The notes under the pieces are model-generated. The model ran no database searches, was not told where the DNA came from, and was given only the letters and a program-made list of their open reading frames with translations. 64,000 bases of DNA from IMG/VR virus record IMGVR_UViG_3300004255_000002, positions 26,530 through 90,529 of that record. One strand, given 5' to 3'. Within the stretch, counting starts at the first letter, position 1; every line of letters starts with the position of its first letter. This document shows positions 39,358-47,098 of the stretch, in pieces. Source of the stretch: a virus (lineage: Duplodnaviria; Caudoviricetes). The translations under genes and the position numbers were made by a program.

Positions 39358-40272
39358 ATGATGAGCAAGGCAGACGAGACAGTAGAAACCAAAGCACCAG
39401 TTAAGAAATTGCTTAAAACAAAACCAAAGGCTAAAGAAGAAGTAGTTGAGCAAGCAACTGAGGCGGCAGAAGTTGCAGACGTGAAAGCGGACACAACAGA
39501 AGCCCAATCGTTGGTAGAAGCTAAACCAGCAGTAGTAAAAGAAACAGACCTTATCGTGCTAGCAGTAGCCGAAGTGGATAAGTTGAAAGAAGACAAGGCC
39601 TTTAAACTAGTGCCAGAGTTGTTGAACTCAATCGACCACGATTACTTCAAACTAGGCGGCGTGTTGGCATTAATCCAAACTAATGGCTGGTACCTAGACC
39701 GCGGCTTTGAAAACTTCCGTCAATACGTGGAAGCTGATGGCGGTATGCTGTACCGTAAAGCAATGTACCTAATCAGCATCTACAATGGCCTATCAGCAAG
39801 TGGTGTGCCATGGGATAAAGTTAAAGGCCTAGGCTGGACAATGCTGAAAGAGCTGGCAACCATCTTGACACCAGAAAACGTGGACGAGTGGGTAGCGGCT
39901 GTGACAGGTATGACTGTGTTACAAGCACAAGAATACATCAAGGTTAAATCGGCTGGCTTATCACAAGGCGACAGTGCTGATGAAGCGGCTAAGGTAGAAG
40001 TTAAAAAGACCTCTACAATGTCATTCAAGGTGCATGAAGACCAGAAAGATACAATCCGTGAAGCGTTGGACAAAGCTAAGCATGAATCGGGTACTGAGTA
40101 CGATGCAGTGGCGTTAGAAAACATCTGCTTGGACTTCTTATCGGGTGATTCTAAGCTTAAGAAAATGCCGACCTTACAAGAGCTGATGACTGGTATGAAT
40201 GTGCATGATGTGATTGAAGTACTGGATAAAGTATTTCCTGATTGCAATTTTGAAATACAAGTGCCAGAATAA
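39358..40272 (+). CDS. Conserved phage protein, probably DNA-binding
   Basis: FKLGGVL-x-x-I...WY...GF-x-x-F-x-x-YVE...RKAMYLI motif (DUF3102-like) and acidic N-terminal tail. Confidence 0.6.
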   Translation: MMSKADETVETKAPVKKLLKTKPKAKEEVVEQATEAAEVADVKADTTEAQSLVEAKPAVVKETDLIVLAVAEVDKLKEDKAFKLVPELLNSIDHDYFKLGGVLALIQTNGWYLDRGFENFRQYVEADGGMLYRKAMYLISIYNGLSASGVPWDKVKGLGWTMLKELATILTPENVDEWVAAVTGMTVLQAQEYIKVKSAGLSQGDSADEAAKVEVKKTSTMSFKVHEDQKDTIREALDKAKHESGTEYDAVALENICLDFLSGDSKLKKMPTLQELMTGMNVHDVIEVLDKVFPDCNFEIQVPE

Positions 40273-40543
40273 GGCCTTAAGTAAAAAGCCGTGGTTGGCG
40301 ACTTAAGTTCAACCAGTGCCCTCTAGTGAATCTCCCGACAGCTAGAGGGTTACTTTATAGAGGTGTTGATGGGTGCGCATACACCAAAAGGACGTTAGCA
40401 TCTCTATAAAGTAAGACCACACTCAAGAGTCAGTATGTCTAAACTAAGAATACTGGAAGCAATCACCTGCATCCACATTATCACCAACACTTGGCTTACT
40501 CACGGTAAGACCATCCTAGCAATACTCCACCTGTAATATAACC

Positions 40544-40571
40544 TTGACTAATTATATCAATATGCTATAAT
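40544..40571 (+). promoter_or_regulatory. sigma70-type phage promoter driving the modification operon
   Basis: TTGACT-16 bp-TATAAT with extended TG. Confidence 0.85.
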
Positions 40572-40595
40572 GGTTTATCTTATGGGAGAACATTA

Positions 40596-41489
40596 ATGAT
40601 TTTAAAAGTACCAAGTAGCACAGACAAATCCAAATTCTACTTTGTGGACGTTGTTCACAGCACATGCACCTGCCCTGCGTTTCTAAAAGCCCACCGTGAG
40701 TGCAAGCACATCAAGTATGTGCATGACCTAAATGAAGCTGGCGACCTGAGCTTAGAGAAGGTTAGCCGTGAAGAATACGATGCGCTGTTTGGTGCGGTGT
40801 CTCACGATAAAGCCCGATTCAATATGAAGACCTCAGACGGTCAAGCGATGTACGATTTAATGGAAGAGTTCTCGCTCACTAGATTGTCCAAGAACTTCAT
40901 CATGCGAGACTTCCTACATACCAACTACAACTCAGTAGCGGGTGTTTGCAACTACCCAGAAAAGCCAGAGGTGGTAATCAAAGCAGGTAAGGCACTGTGC
41001 GAGAACATCTTAGAGCCTATCATTGCCAAGTGGGGCAAGATATTCATTACCTTTGGTTATCAGTCGCGTACTGGCCTAGAGATGGCTGATAGCAAGATGA
41101 AAGACAAGCCAAAAGGTTCCAGCCCTCATCAATGGGATAGAGGCACCTACGGCACTAAAGTCTATTGCCGCGTGGACATCTTGCCTGCATGCGTACAAGA
41201 CGGCGAAGTTACCAAGAAAGAATTCAGAGATTGGATGTTTCACAACCTAGACCTTGACCTCATCATGAGTTGGGGTAAGTCCAATGTATTCTGTCTAACG
41301 TATTCTGAGTTTAAGCCAAGACGTGTCGCCCTAGAATGGGTGCAGTCTGGCACAGGTGAGAATGGCACCAATCGGGTAACTTACTACGGTGAGGCGTATT
41401 GGGGCTACAAGTTTAATAAACTACCAAAGGAACAGCGGCCTAAGTTTTACCCTAGTCACTCAGACGGTAAAATGTGGCACACTTACTAA
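40596..41489 (+). CDS. SWIM Zn finger fused to a peptidase M15-like domain
   Basis: CTCPAF...ECKH SWIM. RLSKNF-x-x-x-DFL...LCE-x-x-LEP...ITFGY-x-S...S-x-HQWD M15-like domain. Confidence 0.65.
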   Translation: MILKVPSSTDKSKFYFVDVVHSTCTCPAFLKAHRECKHIKYVHDLNEAGDLSLEKVSREEYDALFGAVSHDKARFNMKTSDGQAMYDLMEEFSLTRLSKNFIMRDFLHTNYNSVAGVCNYPEKPEVVIKAGKALCENILEPIIAKWGKIFITFGYQSRTGLEMADSKMKDKPKGSSPHQWDRGTYGTKVYCRVDILPACVQDGEVTKKEFRDWMFHNLDLDLIMSWGKSNVFCLTYSEFKPRRVALEWVQSGTGENGTNRVTYYGEAYWGYKFNKLPKEQRPKFYPSHSDGKMWHTY

Positions 41490-41908
41490 TGAAACCTACC
41501 ACAGACCCTAAGGATATTGAGTATGCTATCTCACTCGTTAAAATGCACCCTGATTGTTTCTCTGGTGTATCTAAGTCTGAGTTATCTACAGGCTTTCTAT
41601 TTGTCGATAGGGTGCGCGGCGTCATGCTACACATCCGTCCCGAAACCAGAACAGGCACCTATGGTGTTAAATTCCCGTTCGGGTCTAACCAGATTACGCA
41701 CATTGCCTCAGCCCAAAAAGGGGTGGCGTCAGAATACCTCAAGGAATACATATCGTGGTCGGGTGGGGCACCGATATGGCTATTCGTAAAGACAGACAAT
41801 AAACGGGCGATTGCCTTCTATGAGCGCTTCGGCTTCGAGAAGAAGAATATCGTTAAATTCCCTACCTTCTCATCATTTATCATGGTACGACCAAGGACAC
41901 CAGTATGA
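41474..41908 (+). CDS. GNAT family acetyltransferase
   Basis: THIA...KGVA-x-x-x-L (motif A) and IWLFVKTDNKRAIAFYERFGF (motif B). Confidence 0.85.
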   Translation: MAHLLMKPTTDPKDIEYAISLVKMHPDCFSGVSKSELSTGFLFVDRVRGVMLHIRPETRTGTYGVKFPFGSNQITHIASAQKGVASEYLKEYISWSGGAPIWLFVKTDNKRAIAFYERFGFEKKNIVKFPTFSSFIMVRPRTPV

Positions 41909-43116
41909 AAATAAACGCTAAGTGGGATGCCAAGAATCCCCTGATGTTTGAGAACATCGACACCGTAACCACTATCAAATCTATGCGCAGTTTAGGCGGC
42001 GGGGTCAGCATCCCAGAGGAAGGCGTAGAGACCAGAGTAGTTGGTGGTCGTACAAAGTGCTACTTCCACATTAGTCCACCGGGTATGCAACCGTTGTACT
42101 ACGCGATTGATGGCACTAAAATCTACATCAACTCGTACAAGCTGGCACTACGCAAGCAATGCCCTAAGGCCAAGATTGAGCAAGCCATGGATGGGGTGGT
42201 GTACGTGTTTGATGGCGTCATGCGTAAGTTCAAAGGCCAGACCATTAATCTACCTGCGATTGCTTCTGTAGAAGAACGCACCCCTAGAAAGTTCCTAGAC
42301 GTATTACTACGTGCCACGGAAGACATCTACACTAAGATGGGTAGACAAGAGGTAATCACGTCTATCTCTGGCGGCACAGATGGTATCTTGACTGCCTACT
42401 TACTAAAGGCAATCGGAGCTAAGCAACGATGTGTATGCGTAGGCAGGACTGAGGAAGACTTCGACCCACACCATGCTTTAATCTATGCGAATCACTTGGG
42501 GCTGAACTACGAGTTCATCCCTCTACCGCACACATCCAATGATGATAAGTTGTCCATGCTTCTACTAGAGACATTGCAGAGCATTGAACAGACAGACTTC
42601 TCTAACGTGCTGATGGGTATGTGTAACGTGCTGATACGTCGCTATGGTGTGAACCATGGTATCTACCACCACTTTAATGCGGACTTTGCAGACGTGGTGC
42701 TAGGCAACGATATGCTGACCGTGGGTAGTTATAACAAAGGAAGACGCGAGTCAGGGCAGGAAGCCACAGCAGAGTCATGGGCACAGTATCGCCTAGATAG
42801 CGGACTGCATACCCTGCCAACCAACCTACAAATCGCTAAGGTGTTTGAGCGTGATAGCGGTTTAGTTCGTCAAGTGTTCTACCACCCAGATGTGGTAAAC
42901 TTCCTGATGTCAAGTCCATTGGAGTGGGTGCCAGCAAGCAAGAATAAGGTCTTATATAAAGAGGTCCTTAAGCTAGTCGGCTCAGATATCCCGTGGAGTT
43001 TCGATAAGAAAATAGGGTTCTACACAGGTGCAGGGATAGGCAAGATACGCCTAGAAAACCCTGTACTATCTGATGAGAACATCCGTAAAGTATTCAGTCA
43101 AATCAAAGGAACTTAA
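41905..43116 (+). CDS. Asparagine synthetase-like ATP-dependent amide ligase (no glutaminase Cys)
   Basis: G-x-x-PLYY Ntn remnant, PP-loop SISGGTDG, FNADFAD-x-V-x-G, K-x-LYK...PW...KK-x-GF. Confidence 0.75.
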   Translation: MKINAKWDAKNPLMFENIDTVTTIKSMRSLGGGVSIPEEGVETRVVGGRTKCYFHISPPGMQPLYYAIDGTKIYINSYKLALRKQCPKAKIEQAMDGVVYVFDGVMRKFKGQTINLPAIASVEERTPRKFLDVLLRATEDIYTKMGRQEVITSISGGTDGILTAYLLKAIGAKQRCVCVGRTEEDFDPHHALIYANHLGLNYEFIPLPHTSNDDKLSMLLLETLQSIEQTDFSNVLMGMCNVLIRRYGVNHGIYHHFNADFADVVLGNDMLTVGSYNKGRRESGQEATAESWAQYRLDSGLHTLPTNLQIAKVFERDSGLVRQVFYHPDVVNFLMSSPLEWVPASKNKVLYKEVLKLVGSDIPWSFDKKIGFYTGAGIGKIRLENPVLSDENIRKVFSQIKGT

Positions 43117-43770
43117 ATGAGCGAACCAGTAGCAGTACCTGAATTAGAAATGAAGTTAATTGCACTAGATGCAATCCTCCCATACCAAAACAACCCACGC
43201 CAGAATGAAGATGCTGTGCAGGGTGTGGCAGATAGTATCAAGGCATTCGGATTCAATGTACCTATCGTGGTAGACAGCGATATGGTGGTGATTACAGGCC
43301 ATACTCGCCTCAAAGCCGCACACCTTCTGAACCTAACCCAAGCACCTGTTATCATTGCTACCCACCTCACGCCTGAGCAAGTAGCGGCCTATCGTATCGC
43401 GGATAACCGCGTGGCAGAGAATGCTAAGTGGGACAACGAAAAGCTAAGTGAAGAGTTGCAAATCTTGCAATCAATGGGTATTGACCTGATTGAGACAGGT
43501 TTCAGCATGGAAGAAATCTCATGCTTGCTGGACAACGTATCGGCTGATTGTTTGGAAGACTTAAGTGCCCAAGCAGTATGCGGGGACGTGAACCACTTGG
43601 TTATCAACAAGAACAAAGAGGCTGGCTTTACCTTGGGTGACTTCCGCTTCTTGGTGCCGTTAGAGCAGTACAACAAATGGCGTATGGCGATGCTAGAAAC
43701 CCATGGCTCAGCTAACGATATGATTGTCTGGGTTAAAGAACAAATCGGCATCAATAAGTTCGGAGCATAA
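43117..43770 (+). CDS. ParB/Srx N-terminal domain protein
   Basis: PYQNNPR...SIKAFGF-x-x-PIVVD...ITGHTRL-x-AA...YRIADNR. Confidence 0.88.
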   Translation: MSEPVAVPELEMKLIALDAILPYQNNPRQNEDAVQGVADSIKAFGFNVPIVVDSDMVVITGHTRLKAAHLLNLTQAPVIIATHLTPEQVAAYRIADNRVAENAKWDNEKLSEELQILQSMGIDLIETGFSMEEISCLLDNVSADCLEDLSAQAVCGDVNHLVINKNKEAGFTLGDFRFLVPLEQYNKWRMAMLETHGSANDMIVWVKEQIGINKFGA

Positions 43771-43771
43771 G

Positions 43772-45310
43772 ATGAAAGAAGCCATACGACTAATGCCTAT
43801 TGACCTCGTAAAAGGGGCAGAGTACAACCCGCGGGTACGGGTGCCAGAGCGGTTTGCTAAGCTCATAGACTCATTAAAACACCTAGGCTTTGTTCTACCC
43901 TTATACGTAAACAAAGACGGCATGCTCTTATCAGGCCACCAGCGTACAGCGGCGGCAAAAGAGTTAGGCTACAAGTTTGTACCTGTAGTCGATGTGGATA
44001 TCTCTGAGGCTGATGAGAAAGGCCTTAACGTGTTCTTTAATCGGGCAACGAATGACTTTGAGGGCATAGAGACCAGCAAGGATGTGTTCGACGGATTCTC
44101 AGCAATGGAAGCCTCTATCGACTTTGATAACCTTGAAGTGATTGAGCCAGACACACGCTACCCATGCATGGAATCACAAACCATGCTGGTAGAGACACTG
44201 TTCAAGACTATCCAAGCACCGTCAGACGCATCTATTACCTCAACCACCACGCTAGCGACTAAAGGTATCCGTATGCCTGTGGTTATCTCTGAATCGGGTA
44301 AAGTCCTGAACGGGGTACCGCGGGTATATGCCTACCAATTCGCTGGGCACAAAGAGTGTGAGGTAGTCACAGTACCTGACCATATGGCGGAGTACGCTAC
44401 ATGGGTGTTAAACGGTATTTCGATGGACTTCAACATCCAAGAAGCCTATGCGGATGAGTTACGCTACAACGCATACCGTCGTTTAGCGGTACAGGCGCAG
44501 ATGGTGGGCTTTTCTCGCACTTACTCATGGTTTCCTATGGGTAGGACAATTGGCGCGACTAGAGGCTCAGCACACAAGGATGAGGATGTGAACACAGACT
44601 TAGGTTTGATGCCGCACCTAGACCCAGAAGTGAAGCGTAAGTACAAAGAGGTCTACGAGCCTAACTTCATCGACTTTGGTTGTGGTACAGGCCATGACGC
44701 CGAGCTATTGGCTAAGGGTGGCTGGAATGTCCTAAGCTTTGAGCCGTATCGATATGGCGATGACAAGAAAATCTGTTCAGAAGTATCACGGGCTAAGAAC
44801 CTAGAGTTCCTGACCCAGTTGGAAGGACTACTCAAAACCAATGAGCCACGCTCTATCCTCAGCTCATACGTATTGAACTCTATCCCACACCACAAAGACC
44901 GTATGGCCTACCTAGCGATTATGTCGGCAATGGCGGCACCGCGGACTAAGGTGTATATCGGTACCCAACACGTATCAGTACGTAAGGGCAGTATGCGCGA
45001 TAAGATTACTGCCAACATGGAACCCAACATGACGATAGGAGATACCGTGTCTTCATTCAAGGTGCAGAAGTACTTCTACAATGAAGAACTAGAGTCCATG
45101 CTCAAGGTGTTCTGGGTGCGTGTGAAGGTCGTGGAGAAGGACAACACCATTTATGCTCTGTGTGAATATCCAAAGCGTCCTAGCGCCAACCTATTGAAGG
45201 AAGCACTAGAGCTGGAGTTCAACTTGCCATACGCAGATGGAACCACTATGAACCTACACGAGTATGCCAAGCAGATTTTCGGGGCGTACCATAAACTAGA
45301 TTTATCTTAA
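43772..45310 (+). CDS. ParB (tandem) domain fused to a SAM-dependent methyltransferase
   Basis: YNPR...SGHQR ParB plus a second degenerate ParB (PVVI...LNG-x-x-R). C-terminal IDFGCG-x-G-x-D and SSYVLNSIP motifs resemble the phosphorothioation-associated MTase family. Confidence 0.8.
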   Translation: MKEAIRLMPIDLVKGAEYNPRVRVPERFAKLIDSLKHLGFVLPLYVNKDGMLLSGHQRTAAAKELGYKFVPVVDVDISEADEKGLNVFFNRATNDFEGIETSKDVFDGFSAMEASIDFDNLEVIEPDTRYPCMESQTMLVETLFKTIQAPSDASITSTTTLATKGIRMPVVISESGKVLNGVPRVYAYQFAGHKECEVVTVPDHMAEYATWVLNGISMDFNIQEAYADELRYNAYRRLAVQAQMVGFSRTYSWFPMGRTIGATRGSAHKDEDVNTDLGLMPHLDPEVKRKYKEVYEPNFIDFGCGTGHDAELLAKGGWNVLSFEPYRYGDDKKICSEVSRAKNLEFLTQLEGLLKTNEPRSILSSYVLNSIPHHKDRMAYLAIMSAMAAPRTKVYIGTQHVSVRKGSMRDKITANMEPNMTIGDTVSSFKVQKYFYNEELESMLKVFWVRVKVVEKDNTIYALCEYPKRPSANLLKEALELEFNLPYADGTTMNLHEYAKQIFGAYHKLDLS

Positions 45311-45320
45311 GGAGAAGCAC

Positions 45321-45533
45321 ATGGGATTAGGTATTGAATTAGCAAGACAGGATAACCCTGAGCATGCAGAGGCGATTGACAACCACAAAGACCAGCTACT
45401 TATCGTCTTCCTTAAACGCTTAGGCGGCAAGGTACAGATACCAGTAGCAGAGGTGGATGATACAGGCGGCAGTCTCATGATGATGCAGGTAGTGAATGGT
45501 GTGTTCACCTTTGGGATAGAGAAGAAGCAGTAA
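45321..45533 (+). CDS. Hypothetical protein
   Basis: AGGAG RBS, 70 aa. Confidence 0.6.
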   Translation: MGLGIELARQDNPEHAEAIDNHKDQLLIVFLKRLGGKVQIPVAEVDDTGGSLMMMQVVNGVFTFGIEKKQ

Positions 45534-45778
45534 TGTCTCTGTGTAAGTATCTTGATGGAGAGAACATCAAACCATCCACTAATAGCGAGGCCAAGGCTTT
45601 GATAGGTACAAAGGTCAAGTATCTGTGTACCAAAGACATTGATACGTCGGGCAGAGGCTACTTCTTTCCTCGCTATGGCACCATTGTGGAAGTAGAGCGC
45701 AGGAACATTGCCATGGATGTGGCTGGTAACTTCGTGGTGTGGATGCCAGACCTCATAGAAATGATAAAGGTAGAGTAG
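45533..45778 (+). CDS. Hypothetical protein
   Basis: Coupled ORF, 81 aa. Confidence 0.6.
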   Translation: MSLCKYLDGENIKPSTNSEAKALIGTKVKYLCTKDIDTSGRGYFFPRYGTIVEVERRNIAMDVAGNFVVWMPDLIEMIKVE

Positions 45779-45985
45779 ATGAACACCCTAATCAAATACG
45801 GGGCGCTAGAGGTGTACTACGACGTGCGCAGGAATGGGTATATCGTAGTAGAGGAGCACCCTAATGGCCTCACCGTCAAAGACCGAAGCAACCTAGTGTC
45901 TGAAACTATAGCAAACACCTTGCGAGACCTGTGGCAAGAAGAGATAGCAACGGGGCTGATACCTAGCTTCGACATACCTGACTAA
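45779..45985 (+). CDS. Hypothetical protein
   Basis: Adjacent ORF, 68 aa. Confidence 0.55.
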   Translation: MNTLIKYGALEVYYDVRRNGYIVVEEHPNGLTVKDRSNLVSETIANTLRDLWQEEIATGLIPSFDIPD

Positions 45986-45995
45986 CCATCCAAAC

Positions 45996-46045
45996 AGCCT
46001 CACCTAAGACGTGGGGCTTTTTAACGCCCAGTGCAATCAATTGCA
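45996..46045 (+). terminator. Rho-independent terminator followed by an operator
   Basis: AGCCTCAC-CTAAGAC-GTGGGGCT-TTTT, then TGCAATCAATTGCA 46032-46045. Confidence 0.75.
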
Positions 46046-46249
46046 AATCGCGGCGGGTTACCGACCCAGTAATTCGTGGGCCGACCCATATAAGAGATAA
46101 GACTACATAGAGTAATAAGAGTATCTGTATAGAGAAGAACTAGAGATAATATGCAAAAAGCTATACACCTCCGATAAGATAAATACTATACTTACGTAAG
46201 AAAATAAACAGATTCGTAAGTCATTGATTTACTTAGAAGAGACAGAGGC

Positions 46250-47098
46250 ATGATAAAAACGACTATTTTACCCAAATCAACCCTCCCTTTAGACCATACA
46301 AAACAAGGACTTACGGGCAAGTCAGACCTAGTATTACCGACTGGTATTGCTAAGGTATCTGTGAAGAAAGTGGGAGATAACCATGCTAATACACCAGTGG
46401 AACCTGCACCCGCAAAACCTAAGCGCAAGGTACATCCTAAGCAGTTAGAGGGAAGACCGCATAAGAAGACAGCGGCAGAAAAGTTGGCAGAGAAGCAAGC
46501 CAAGGCCAAACTAAAAGATGCCCCAGAGAAAACTGACTTCACCCTAGAGGCAGTGGAAGGCATACTCAAGGAAGACGGCTTAGAGGAAGTGCCTGACCGC
46601 GGGTATAACGTGAAGGCTACCGCAGAGGAGAAAGAGTTCCGCCGCAAGCAAATCATGCGACTCATGTTGCGAGGCGTCCCACGTTCGACCATAGGGCAAT
46701 ACCTCAAACTACCGATGCCGACCCTGAACCTTGAGATACGTGAGATTAACCGTATTACCAAGCAGGAGATGCTACAGCTTGATTACCCGCTATTCGTGGG
46801 CATGGCGGTCAACTTCTATGATGAAGCCCGTAACATTGCCTTACGTCTAGCGACAGATACTAATGAGAAGTCCAACCTAGTGAAGATGCATGCGCTGAAT
46901 GTAGCGATATCAGCAGAGAACAATAAGCATAAGTATCTACAGATGGTTGGCCTATACAAATCGACATCCCCAATTACACTGAACAATGCTGAGAACCAAA
47001 CTAGTGACGCGGACGACTTCATTGACCTATTACAGCAGGCGAGTAGGAACACAGTAGAAGGCGTGTACGAACAAGTAGGGCTAGGAGACAATACGTGA
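46250..47098 (+). CDS. Putative terminase small subunit
   Basis: HTH segment RRKQIMRLMLRGVPRSTIGQYL, overlaps the large-subunit start. Confidence 0.65.
   Translation: MIKTTILPKSTLPLDHTKQGLTGKSDLVLPTGIAKVSVKKVGDNHANTPVEPAPAKPKRKVHPKQLEGRPHKKTAAEKLAEKQAKAKLKDAPEKTDFTLEAVEGILKEDGLEEVPDRGYNVKATAEEKEFRRKQIMRLMLRGVPRSTIGQYLKLPMPTLNLEIREINRITKQEMLQLDYPLFVGMAVNFYDEARNIALRLATDTNEKSNLVKMHALNVAISAENNKHKYLQMVGLYKSTSPITLNNAENQTSDADDFIDLLQQASRNTVEGVYEQVGLGDNT

Noticed and set aside
40596-41489. M15 domain as the phage endolysin
   Set aside because: A complete lysis cassette (DUF5675 enzyme, holin, spanins) exists at 22-23.7 kb. This gene is SWIM-fused and under an early-type promoter.
41905-43116. QueC / 7-deazaguanine DNA modification pathway
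   Set aside because: The PP-loop protein is AsnB-like in size and motifs and lacks the QueC C-terminal Cys zinc site. No FolE, QueD, QueE or DpdA gene is recognisable in the window.
43117-45310. ParABS plasmid-prophage partition system
   Set aside because: The ParB proteins have only the N-terminal ParB/Srx domain without an HTH, one is fused to a methyltransferase, and there is no ParA. This fits modification-associated ParB rather than partitioning.
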